In this document: piece after piece, positions 13,001-25,000 of the stretch | Position numbering within the stretch: position 1 is the first letter of the stretch | How the letters are laid out: every line of letters begins with the position of its first letter | Source of the DNA: Lama glama | Lineage: Eukaryota | Length of the DNA stretch: 64,000 nt | Assembly: GCA_028534125.1 (NCBI GenBank) | Contig: CM052830.1 | Coordinates: 16,926,001-16,990,000 of the forward strand | Reading direction: 5' to 3' | Translations under genes and position numbers: made by a program | The notes under the pieces: generated by a model | Databases searched by the model: none | Seen by the model: only the letters and a program-made list of their open reading frames with translations | Told to the model about the DNA's origin: nothing

Positions 13001-16000
13001 GGCTACTGGAAGATCTGAGATCACGTCTAGGGGAGGGTATAGCCCAGTGGGAGAGTGCATACTTAGCATACATGAGGTCCTGGGTTCAAGCCCCAGTATC
13101 TCTATTAAAAAATAAAAAAAGACCATGTGGACGGCTTGCACTGTATTTCTGGTGGAGAGGGCTGGTGAGGCACTCTGCGGGGGCCCAGCTGTTACTCTGC
13201 CCTCACAGATGAGGCACACAGTAAGTGCTGGGGCCTGACCTCACAGAGCTCCTTCTCTAAGCATTTTGCCTACAAAGTGTTTTCACTTAGATTTTTTTTG
13301 AAAATCCTATTGAGTGAGAAGAAAAAATAAAGAGAAAGAAAGAAGAATACAAAAGAAGCCTCCATCTCTTTCTGGCCTGGCCTAGAGGCGAGCATACAGT
13401 AGGCTGTCACTCCATGCTTGTCCCATGAGTGAGTGACCGGTGACACCCGGGGAGGTGCGCCCTGCGTCCTCACCTGTGCGTAGCGCCCGCTGCAGATGGC
13501 GCCTCTCCAGTCGGGAACGTCGATGCAGTCTGGGTGCCGGACCAGCCAGTTATCGTCCTTGGTGAGGTAGGACCCCGGGTACTCGGACACCGAGCCATCG
13601 ACATCATGGAACACTGATGTCTTATCCCCATCCATGTCCAGCTGGTTGAACCAGGGCCCAGGCTCTCCGAAGAACACTCTGGAAGTAATCTAAACAGAGC
13701 CCAGGAAAGTTAGGCTGGGCCAGGCAAAGGGAAGCTGCAGCCGTCATCGGGCCAGGGCGAAGTTTCCGATTTCCGCTGACATTACAAACCAGCCAAACCA
13801 AAGATGCTCTGGGGCACTGGAGGAAACCACGCAGCTGACCTCTCAGATGGAGCCAGCAAAACGGCCAAAGGTTCACTGTGCCTCAACTCTCAGACCCAGC
13901 ATGGTATTTTGGCCTCTGCTCACTGGAGGGTTGGCTGCTGTGTGTGACCCTGGAGAGCGTTCTGATACATGGCTGAAAACACTGCAGGAATGNNNNNNNN
14001 NNNNNNNNNNNNNNNNNNNNNNNNNNNNNNNNNNNNNNNNNNNNNNNNNNNNNNNNNNNNNNNNNNNNNNNNNNNNNNNNNNNNNNNNNNNNNNNNNNNN
14101 NNNNNNNNNNNNNNNNNNNNNNNNNNNNNNNNATGTTTGTATGAGAAAGTATACATATAATACACACACACACACAGGCTGGGGTGGATTTGTGTGAGAA
14201 AGAATGTATGACTGTTTCAGGAAGACAGTCTTTCAACATGAGCCCTTGGAGATTTCCACAACTGACCTCTTTCAGGCCTTTAGTGGCCTAAGAAAAGAAA
14301 TTAAGTAACTTGAGTTTCACATCTTTTCCCTCAGCCTGCCAGGAACTGGGCAGACAGGCAGAGGGCAGGAGGGGGGGTCTGGGAAATCTGTACCCCAAAG
14401 AGAATGCCCCAGGAGCCCTGGGCCTGCCTCGCCTCACAGGGCAGCCCTCTGTCCTGACCTCCTCACCCCCAGCTCTGGTCTGTCGGCCGGCACGGCCAGG
14501 AAGGCCTACTTATGTTCCACTCTCAGGGAGAGATTAAACAGAGCATCTTCCGCAAAGATTCCTTTGGAAACTGCTGGGGTTTTTAGATTAATTGTGCCCA
14601 CTGAAGTGGGCTGGTTACAAGACTCGGTAGGCGGAAGCCAAGCCCCTTGGAGGCACAGCCTCAGAACCTTGAGGGCAGCGAAGGTTTCTGCCGCGGCTTG
14701 GGTGCATGTTGAGCAGGGTGAGGGCAAGCGGGCATTTACCCAGACTTGACCTGTGTGCGGCAACCTACGCCTGTACTTTTCCAGTTTGGATACAGACAGA
14801 TCTGGGACGTGGCCCAGCCTGCTTGGAGGAGGCTGTTCAACCCCTGCGGTGGTGGCAACGGCTCAAACTCCAGGCCCCGGGGGACTTGTGAATCACTGCC
14901 CAAAGTCTGGCTTTGCTGGGAGCCTGCCGCGGCGCCTCACTCACCGGGACGTCCTCAAAGGCAATGTTGGTCACGTTGTTATGCGGGCAGCTCTGCCAGG
15001 CGTTGTTCAGACGGAAGGCCAGGGCGCTGGTGTGCCGGCCCTCCAGGGCTGCAAACTTGCGGAAAGTGCAGTTCTGGATGTTGATGGGGCCATCGTAGAA
15101 CTGAATTCCTCGGATCGGAAAATTCCTATGGCGTTAAGGAAGCCAGATGTCAGGCCGATCACCGTGTGCCACCATGCTGTTTGCACCCTCCAAGGTGGAT
15201 GGTGAGAGACTTTCTGGGTAAAGCATTCCTGATTCCCACCCCCAGAAACTCCCCCTACCACAGAACACTAGTGATTCATTAATTCATTCACTGAGAAAGC
15301 ATTTACACACATAGTAAATGTCAGTAAATGATTGCTGGATGAATTGCTGGATGGATGGACAGATGGATGTCTAGTTGCTGACTTAGAGGATGGTCCTCTA
15401 TACAAACATTTCTCTTGATTTTTCCATCCGATAAAGAGTCATGGATAAATACTGTAAATACTACTGGAGCATGCCAGTATCAGGTCCCTTGGGAGAGTAG
15501 AGCCATTAGTCATTATCGCCTTAGTCTGAGTTGCTATAACAATTTAATTAGTTAAGACGCTGATGAGTTTCCTCTCTGTGAGTAAGCCTTTCAGTTGGCA
15601 GTACACTGGGTTTGGGAGACCAGGGAGAGGAAGGGCACAGGATGGAAGGTGATAATGAAATGGTAAAATAACTGCGATGTAACTTTTCAAGCATCGCTAG
15701 AAGAGAGGGCAGGCCCCACCACCACCCAGGAGGACAAGACTGTGAACTGCCAGAGGACCCCAAGAGGGGCCTGAGACCCAGGAAGCAGGGAAAGGTTGTA
15801 CGAAGAAGCAAAAGGCTTGGGGATGGAGGTGGAAGGGACAAGAGGAGCACTCGTGACTTGGACATTTTGCCTTGGGCCCAATGCAAGGGGTAGGGCGTTC
15901 AGAGGCTCCTCTCTCCTCGGCCACGGACTCCTGAGCAGGGCGTGGGAAGCAAGGGCCTAAGAGGGGCTGGCTTCCTGGTGGTCCTTCTTGGACCTGGCCC

Positions 16001-19000
16001 TAAATCTAGGCTTGCTCATTCTGCAAGCCCGATTTTTATGCTCTTACTGGTATCTCTACCTCTGGGCCAGGGCCCTCTCCTTCCACAGTGGACATAGAGA
16101 AGAAAGGACAGAAAGAGGGGAAAGCAAATAGAAAGGGGACTCTGTCCATGGGAAGCTGCTGTATTCCAGCTGCCCCCATCTTCAATGCTGGGCTCCCCTC
16201 ATTCAGACACGGTTCCCTGAGGAAGCGCCTGGTCACGCCCGTGCCGGCACTGTGCCTTCAGCCGACTCCGAGGCCTTCTGGCGTTTCTGTATCTTAGTAT
16301 TTGTAACTGACTGATGTCATCGCCTTACATCCCAGGTCTCAAGGAGTGGCTCCATGCGTCTTTTCGTTTAAGGTATTTCAGGGACAGCCGGTTCTCACCA
16401 GCTCTATTATTAAACTGTGTGCTTACTTTGCCTTGGGACCCCCAACCCAGGCCCCTACAGGGTGAATCCCTCACCATGAAGACTGCACAGTCCTAGGTTT
16501 CTGCTCCCAAGTGCAGTCTGAGGAACCTGCCTGAATCTGACGGAGCTGTCAGGTCTCCATAAACAAGTGCACCTCTGGAGTCATCAGAGCAGTCTGGCCC
16601 TGGGAGATGGGTGACCCTCAGCGAAGAAACCCACATATGCAGACCCAGAGCCACTCACGAAGATGATCTGGAGAGACTGCTACATCACTTAGGTTAGACA
16701 GAAACAAGGGCTCTGGATAGCTCGTGCCAAAGGGGCCTGTGGTTCTGTCTGCAAAACCTTTTCAAAGACACACATCCACTTGGGCTGGGAGTTTAGGCCT
16801 GTGTCCTGCCTAGAGAGGCAGGAATGACAGATTCCTAGAGAAAGAGAAGAAAGCTCAGAGGGCAGGAAGGGTTGATCTTAGCCCTCAGAGAACAGGGTCC
16901 CCCTGCTGCTTGTGGCCCAGAGTCCTGCTCTCTGGCTTGAATTCCTATCTGAGCAGAAACACCATCAGAAGGAGAGATTTCCTCACTGCTGACCTAAGCT
17001 GTGGCTTTCCAGGGAACTGGCTGAGTCTCTTTTCTCTGTCAGCTCTCCGAGTAACCCCCTCCCTCCCCAACTGCTCGGTTATAATCCAGCCTTCAGCAGC
17101 AGAGAGCCCGTAACCCTCCATGTCTGTTCCCATCTTCTGGTTGAAGGTCCCCATCTGTGTGTGACACTGCTTTGAGTTGTGCCACCTGCCCAGTTATTCT
17201 CCTGTAAGTGCTTTGGTCTGTCTCTCTACTATGGTCAGAAGTGGATGAAACGCTCCAAGCAGGCGTGCTGTCCGGGGGAGAGAGGAAGCCACGGTTGCCG
17301 ATCCCGGACCCTGAATTCCCACTAACACAGCCCAGAACTACAGGTGTGTTTTGATAGCTATGTTACCCTGTTGACTCATATTCAACAGTCTTTTGACTTC
17401 TCTCCCCCATTCTAGATTTAACTGTTTCAGTGATTTCTCTGACCAGTAGAGGACACAGGAATTCATAGTTGACAGGTACAAGTTACATACTAGCGTCTTT
17501 CCTTTCATTGCTGCCACTTAGGTTAAGCTACACAGAACCAGGAAGCTGTCATGGTTGCAAACCTACTGGCCTATAGGGAGGGTCCTTCCGCTGTGGTCCA
17601 AGCCACCCGGGCCCCAGATCCTGTTGTCCATCATCTCCGTCCCCACGTTGCCACTCTCGCCAACAAACAAGCTGTTCTTGATCTCCTGCTTGGAGCCATC
17701 ATCATACGGGAAGGTGCCACCACTGTAGAGAGAAGATGTCTGGGGTGAGATGTCCAGAGACAGCGTCCCACCGAGGGCCCAGCATGATGACAGCTGCTCT
17801 TACCTGGCCAGGGTCAGGCCGATGCCATTGTCAGCAAACCTGGGGACAAGAGCAGACAGTCAGAGTGTGCCCTTGCTGAGTGAAGCCGTGAAGGGAAGGA
17901 TGCTTCCCTGCCCCGGGGTCATACTTTGGATCCTGGGCAAGGGAAAGGTCCTTACACAAGTACAGGGTTTGCTGAGGCAGCTGTGGCTCGCCCATCCTGT
18001 ATAACAAAGGGATAGTCTGGGCCCCCGCCCACTCCATGTCTGACTCCAAAGAGGAAAGGGTGACTGCAGTGGCTCTCAGTGTTTGATGCCCCATTGCATT
18101 ATCAGTGTGCAGAACTGGTTCCACGGGCCTCCCGCTCCAGCCCACCGTCCTCTGTGATTCCAGGGTTCAGTGGGTGGCTGGACCGGGGGCACATGGAGGG
18201 TCTTGCCACTCTCAGGGCCAGCACTGAGTAAAGCTGGGGGGCATGTGGACACAGTTCCATTTCCTCTTAGCCATCCTCACTACGATTCCAGCCACAGCGG
18301 GAAGGACAACTAGAGAGCTGATTTCTAGGTTTCCCACAGGTCAGGAAGATGCCGGCCAGGACGGGGGCAGGAAGCCATTTTGCAATTACACTGCAGCCAC
18401 CTTTTGCCCCTGTCCCTTTTGAGGACCAGGAGGAGCACGCTCCTCGAGGGAGTCTGCTTGTGAGTGACAAGGGGTCACACAGAATCCAAGTGGATCGTGC
18501 GTCCGTGCTGCCGTAGACCCCAAGGCCAAATGTGGCGGCCGCCTTTGTTTCCTTCATCCCGGGGGCAGATATAACTGGCCTCCTCCCACCTGTCCCATAC
18601 ACCCTCCGGGCCCATCTCCTCGAAGTGCCATTCCTACCAACCACTCTCTGCTTCCTGAACTCCAGTGGCTTCCTATCACCCATAAACCTAAGCCCAGCCC
18701 TTGCCCTCAGGCTTAAGGCTCAGGTGAACCACTTTCCCTCTGCTTCAGCCACATCCTGGCTGCCTGAAGTTTCTCTGGTTCCCAGTTTGCTTCTGCTCGC
18801 CCTGCTCCCTCTCCTTCCGGACACGTGCACGTCCCCCTCTGGCTGAAGCCCATCTGGTTCAAATTAACCATTCGAAGCCCATCTTTGGGGCACTGTGCCC
18901 TACAGTTCTTTCCCAGAACTTCCTGACTCTGGTTTCCCAGTCTTCTCAAGGCTCTTCCTCATCATCACCGTCTCCCAGCGCTCTGCCCAAGATCCTCTCA

Positions 19001-22000
19001 TTGTCCACCGTGTCCCTGGGGACTTCACAAAGACACACGGCTTCCATTCCCACCAGTCTGCTGGTGACTAAAACCAGCTCTTCTTTTCCCTGCTCTTCCA
19101 AACTCTGGGATCTTTCCATAGAGTTATCTCAAAAGCATCTCAAATTCAACACACATGAATCAGAAGTCATCTTCCAGCTAAGCCTGTTTGCTATCCCGAA
19201 GGCTCATTTTCAGCCAAGTTCTCATGGTCTGTAATTCTTTCTCATCTGGGCGACTGCAGTATGATTGGTTGTCTCTCCCACTTCTAGGAGTGCCCCCTCC
19301 CATCGCTGCCTGAACCCAGTGGTTGCTAGCATGATCCTTCTAAGAAATGGACACAGTGGCCACATGCTCAAAGTTTTGGAAGGGATCCCCATCTTCCGTC
19401 AGTCCCTGGCAGTGCCAGCCTTGCCCTTGTGGGACGGTAACCTCGGCACCAGCCAGATCGGGGCTCCCTTGGAAGGAGTCTGGTGGAGGGTTAGAAAATC
19501 CACCCCCTGCCATTGGCGGGGTTGGGGGGCTTCACAACTCATCTTGCAGCCCTAGGTCTGGCATCTACTGCCTTCGCGGGGACCTGAACTTTCAGCCAGA
19601 ACCAAGACATTCACTGGACGTGGACCACTGCAGAGGAGTAGCCTTGGCCCCCACCTGTTTCCTCTTTCATCACCTCTCAAGTGTCACTGGGCCTCTGTTC
19701 TAGGGATGAGCAGCGTATCTCACTGACTAGCATCTTGTATTGCAGGGGAGTTCTTCCTTCTGCTGAGCTGAAATCTGCCCAGATCTGTAACTTCCGCCCT
19801 CTCGAGTCAATCGGAACAAGCCTTCCTCCTCGTGCCCAGAACGCCCATCAGGACCCCAGAACAGGCTCCCTTCTTCCCTTTTCCCTCTTCTCTGGCCCCA
19901 CACAAAACAAAGCACCCCCCCTCCCAGTTTCTCTGCCGGAGACATTCCCTTTCCATCTCCCACGTGTGTCTGGCTCTCACTGGGGCTGCCTGGTCTCCAT
20001 CCCTGAGTCAGTGTCTGGCCTCTGCTTTTCTGAGAAGCCTTTCCGCGTGCATGTGTGTGTGCATGTGCATGTGTGAAATCTGTGTCTGGTTCCCTCCTCA
20101 CACACTTTCATTTCCTTTTGTTCCCTTTCACGAGCAAGTCCCACTTCATTTTTCCTTTAATTGGTCGCAGTAAAATAGAGAAATACATTTATTCCCCACG
20201 TAAAGTTTCTGATCTCTCGTTTATAACGCAAAAGGCATTTCACGGTACTCCTTTAGAGCAAACCCCAGCTCGGCTGCCTGGCCCTTCTGGTCCTTGTCCA
20301 GTGTGGGACCTTATATCAGAACTCAGGGTTCCCTGTCTTCTTTCTTTGGGCCTTAGAGTCTGATGAGCTGATATTTCAAGTCTCAGTTCAACCACTCACA
20401 TTTTGAGAAATTCACTCAGCTGAGCCTCCGTTTATTGTGTCTAAAATGGAGACAACGATTTACATCTTTGAGAAACATGGTAAGAAACGAATGCAACAAA
20501 GGAGTCAGCGCACAGTAGGTGCTTAGAACGTGCTCGTTTCCTTCTTCCTTCCTTTCGCTGACTGGTTATGCGACCTGACAGAGCCAAGTCCAGTGACTAT
20601 TTGGAGGCAAATCATGACCCACAGGGCCTGGCATGGTGGGCTGAAGCCGTACGCTGCTTTAAGGGCGGTCCTGCTGCCATCTGATGCCCCTGCCTGGCTG
20701 GGCGACCACGAGGTCACACATCGGCACACAACTTGATTCCTCTCTCTGCCTTGCTCACTTTTGTCCCCTACCCCGGGGAGGAGCCGTGTCTCCACGTTGT
20801 GCCCATGCCACACGACTCTCCACTCACCTGCAGCTGTCCAGCCACACGTCCCCGCCGCGCAGCCAGGCCCCGTGGTCCTGGTTCTTGTAGGCGGTGAAGT
20901 GCTTGATGATGGCCGGCTCCCGGGGCTTCAGCGGGTCAGCATCCTGATGAGGGCTGTACCTGGAACACAGCAGGGGAGGCCCAGGTGGTGGTGTTGCGGG
21001 GCCTCCTGAGCTGGCCCCCTTCTGGGCGGTGAGCCAGTCCCAAACCCAGCAAGCCAAGCCGCCTCTGTGTCCGGGAAGGAGAGTCTGAGACGCCCAGCTC
21101 TCTGCTTACTCGGGGGAAACCTTGACATTGGGCCTTTTCTGGGCTTCTACATCTTAGCCACCAAATGGAACACTGAGCCTGGGTGCTCCTGAGGTCCGGG
21201 CCAGCAAAAGTCTTCCGTGGACATCATCATGTCACTGGTGTTACCCACTTTTGATAGGGAGCAAGCAACTTGGTCTATTTAAAGGGTACTGATTTCCCTA
21301 ATCACCCTGAGGTTTTGACTCTCCCTGCACCACCTTTTTAATTGAAGTATAGTCAGTAACGACATGTCAATGTCTGGCGTACAGCACAATGTCCCAGTCA
21401 TACATAGACATACGTATATTTATTTTCATTTTTTTTTCATTAAAGGTTATTACAAGGCATTGAATATAGTTCCCTGTGACAGCGCTTTTTAAAAGCAGCC
21501 CCTGGCCTTTGGCTGAGCTCCAGATTTATCTGTAGGTAAAACTGCATATTCCTTCCCATTGAATTGATGGCATAGCTCCTCCCTTCTTCTCTCTTCACCT
21601 TTTCATCCTGGCCCAACCTGCTAGGGCCCCGGCCAGTCCTGTTGACTTATTAAAAAGCAAGTACTGGCTTTTTGCTGAGGGATCTAGAAACTTCTAGAAA
21701 TTTCTCTCTCCTTTCAGCTGCTGGAGACTAAACCCTAATTCAGTTTTTGCCCTGCTCAGATTTTCACCACAGTACCCCTGGCAATGAGCTCAAGGCGCAG
21801 GACATAGAAAGTGCCCAACAGAGGCAAGGGTATAGCTCAGTGGTAGAGTGCTTGCCCACCGTGCATAATGTCCTGGGTTCAAGCCCCGGTACCCCCAGTA
21901 AAAATAAATAAGTAAATAAACCTGATACCTCCCTCTTGCCAAAAAACCAAATTTAAAAAAAATTGAATTTAAAAAAAGTGCCCAACAGATACCTGATGAA

Positions 22001-25000
22001 TGAATGAATGAGTGAATGATGGAGCGTATGTGTTCCCGAGGGCTGATTACCTGGCAGAGATGATAGAGAGGAAGGGCCTCTTGTCCTTGGCAGAGGCCTC
22101 AGTAGTTTTGACTCCATTGTCTATGATCATGCCAGCCTGGGGAGAGGGGACATTCAGAGACATATTAGCTTCTACCACCAAGCTACAGGCATCTTCTCAT
22201 ATCTAGCATCCCTGGGTACTCTTGAATGCCCCAGGATGCATTAATAGAAGTTGGGAGTCTACAGCAAGGGAGGTGAAGAAGCTGCATTGTCCTGCATTGC
22301 TCAAGTCAGATCTGGAGAAAGGCATCCTCTTTGAGGTACAGATGAGGAAACTGAGGTCTAGAGGGGCTAAGTGTCTTGTGCAAGGCCAGACAGGTAAGTC
22401 TATGCCCAGAACCCCCACTGGCTTTGGGCAGTTACAAGCCCAGGCCCCAAATCAAGAATGATCGATACGCCATCTTGGGAAATATGTCTGCCATGATTTA
22501 AAGGAGATGCTGACCTTGGGGTAGGGGGCAGGGAACCTTCCCCAGTTTTGTCTTGGTTCTTGCCTGACCCGGGGAAAGAACTTCACTTTCTTATTTGGCT
22601 CCAAAGGTGTCCACTTTGTCAGCCATGGATGAGTGGGAGTGGAGGCAGCTGAATGATGCTGCCCAGCGAGGCCATGTTCAGTCTCCCCTCTGGGCTGGAT
22701 TCCCTTGGCCTCTTAGGAATGCTTGAACTTGGTATCTCTTCTTTGAATAATTGGAGGACACTCTATCACATTCTTCAATTGACTTATCATTAGCAGTGGT
22801 GATGCGAGTCAGTAGGAGTGGGGCTGGATCCCCTGCTCGTCTCTCATGAGCTATGGCCTTTGGTAAATCCCTTCACCTCTCAAGCCTCAGTTGCAGCCTC
22901 TGTGAGATGGGTTAGTAACACTGAGGTCCTGGAGCAGGACCTTCATGGTGGTGTGGAGTCAGGGCTGACTGGGTGTGAACACCATGCCCAGGGCCTCCCT
23001 CTTTGCTGAGACAACTGAATCAATCCAACTCTTTGCTCCATTCCTGCCCCGCCACCTTCCTCAAGGCCCATCCTGCGGCCAGGGGTCCTTGCCTACTTCC
23101 TTATTGGAAACCACCCTCCCTTGAGGATCTCTCCCCTTTCCAACCTCTCCAGACCCCCAGGTCCTATGTGGCTCACCCCCCAGCTCATGGGAAAACTTCT
23201 CAAGGAAAGGGTCTCAACAAGCCACCAACGTATTTCTCTCCACGGCCCCTGCCCCTCACGGTGATATGGCCTCTGGGCCCGTTCTGTATGGGGACAGCTC
23301 TCCCAGGCCCACGGGAGCCTCAGAAAGGCCCACTCGGAGGCCTGCACTCACTCTCCCTCCTCTGTCCAAGTGGCATTGTTGCCCTGCTGACCTCCACCCT
23401 CTGCCCCGTGAAACTCTTCATTCTGTGCTACCTGGGGTCCCCTCTCTGTGCACACTGCCCAGCCTCTTCCCGAACCCCCTTCCCCATCCCACCTCCTAGG
23501 CGTAAGCACACGTCTATCCTGAGATGATTTCTCTTCTTTATGGGCTTCTCCTTGGTTGAGTCTTTTTTGTTTGTTTGTTTTTTTGTTTATCCTGAATGCA
23601 TCCGCTCCCCTGTAGGGGCCCCAGTGTCCTCATCTGTTCCACTAGGGGTTGCACCAGAAGACTGACCTTGACATTCGGAGCTCTATCTATGCACTGCCCC
23701 TGCATCCCCAAGACCACCTCTGCCCCCAGCACAGCATCTCTGGTCCCAGCCTTGCTCCCAAGCAGCTCCATTCCCACGTCCCATGATGATGGTCTTATTG
23801 CTGCACTGACTGACGGTCCTTGACACACTCACGATCCCAGTCCCTTTCCCCAGCACCTCGCTTGGTGCTGGACACAGAACTATTGAAGAGTAAATGAAGA
23901 TGACAGAGGAATTTCTGTTTTCCACCTGCCTCCTTAGCTCTGCATGGATGGAGAAAGGGATGGAGAACCCACTTCCCGGAGACAAAACAAAAGCCAACAG
24001 AAGAGAGGTCAAGTCTGCCTTCATCTTCCTCCAGAACCACGTTGATTTTCTCTGGCTTACAGGTCAGGCCTGGCTTTCCGTGGTCATCACTGCACCCATC
24101 CCCACCAAGTGAACTGCAAAATCAGGCTCAGGTGCCCGGCTCAGGGGCCGCGGGAGGCACAGCCTGAGTGAAAGAGCATCTGGCTTTCCTTTCAGCTCCA
24201 GCCCAGATGCGAAGTCAAGGCCAAGGCAGGAACAGACACAGGAGATCCTTGCTAAGGATGGTCAGTGGCCTGGGAGGCTGCAGGAGGCCGCTTCGCTTCC
24301 TTCAAGACCAAGGCTAGGCACGCAGCCGTTCCCAGCTGAAGCCACGCGGCTGCTCTGACGCTAACCGTCTGCAGGCCGGGCTGGCGGGGGGCGCAGCCCG
24401 GACGGACTTACCCGGTAGTTGGAGTGTGCGCGGTTGTTGTGGAATTTTCCCAGCGGGATGTGCTCCGAGTACCCTGGGGAGTACATTCCGGCCGAGGGGC
24501 CCGTCGGTACGTGGTGAAAGATGAACCAAAACCCAGTCTCCTGGTGGAGGAGGGCACAGGGGGAAGCCACAGAGTTCAGCACCAGGAGCTTCTCGCTGGG
24601 GAGACTGGATGGCGCAGACTAGGGGTGGGTCTCACGCTCCCACCCAAACTGGCCCCACCGCCCAGCCCCAAACACACTGCGGGAAACAGCGAAAAGCATG
24701 AAGCAAATATATTTTGGGGGATCCACCCTGACTGTTAAAACCCTGCACAGGGTCCTACTGTATCAGCCGTGAGCGCCAAATGGCTGGATTTCAGAGTCGG
24801 GGCCGGGGAGCACATAGTGGGAGGGTTTCGTGAGTGCTCTTAGCTTTCCCCTTTCATTATGCAGATGCGGGAGCTGAGGCCCAGAGCCAGCACCCGACCT
24901 GCTCCAGGTCCCCAGGAAGGTAAGCACCAGGGAGGGGTGGGTAAGGGCAGGGCTGTGTAGACAGAATGCCGTGTTTGGATCCTGTGCATGCCCCTGGGCA

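Larger units (their letters stand above)
12380..13165. mobile_element. hAT-Charlie (MER3/MER33/Charlie1-like) DNA transposon remnant interrupted by two SINEs
   Basis: Resembles the recalled consensus (TAGCC..GGCCACGTG..TTTAATTAATTTAAAT; TATATTGAGTTAAAT..GGCTACT..TATTTCT); bounds approximate. Confidence 0.65.

Noticed and set aside
12900-13110. tRNA-like sequences (A/B boxes), also at 21823
   Set aside because: They are SINE heads with A-rich tails or TSDs and degraded stems, not tRNA genes.
13847-14239. ORFs spanning the N run
   Set aside because: They are artefacts of the assembly gap.
24575-24595. REST/NRSE-like TTCAGCACC
   Set aside because: Only the left half-site is present; there is no GGACAG right half at a valid spacing.
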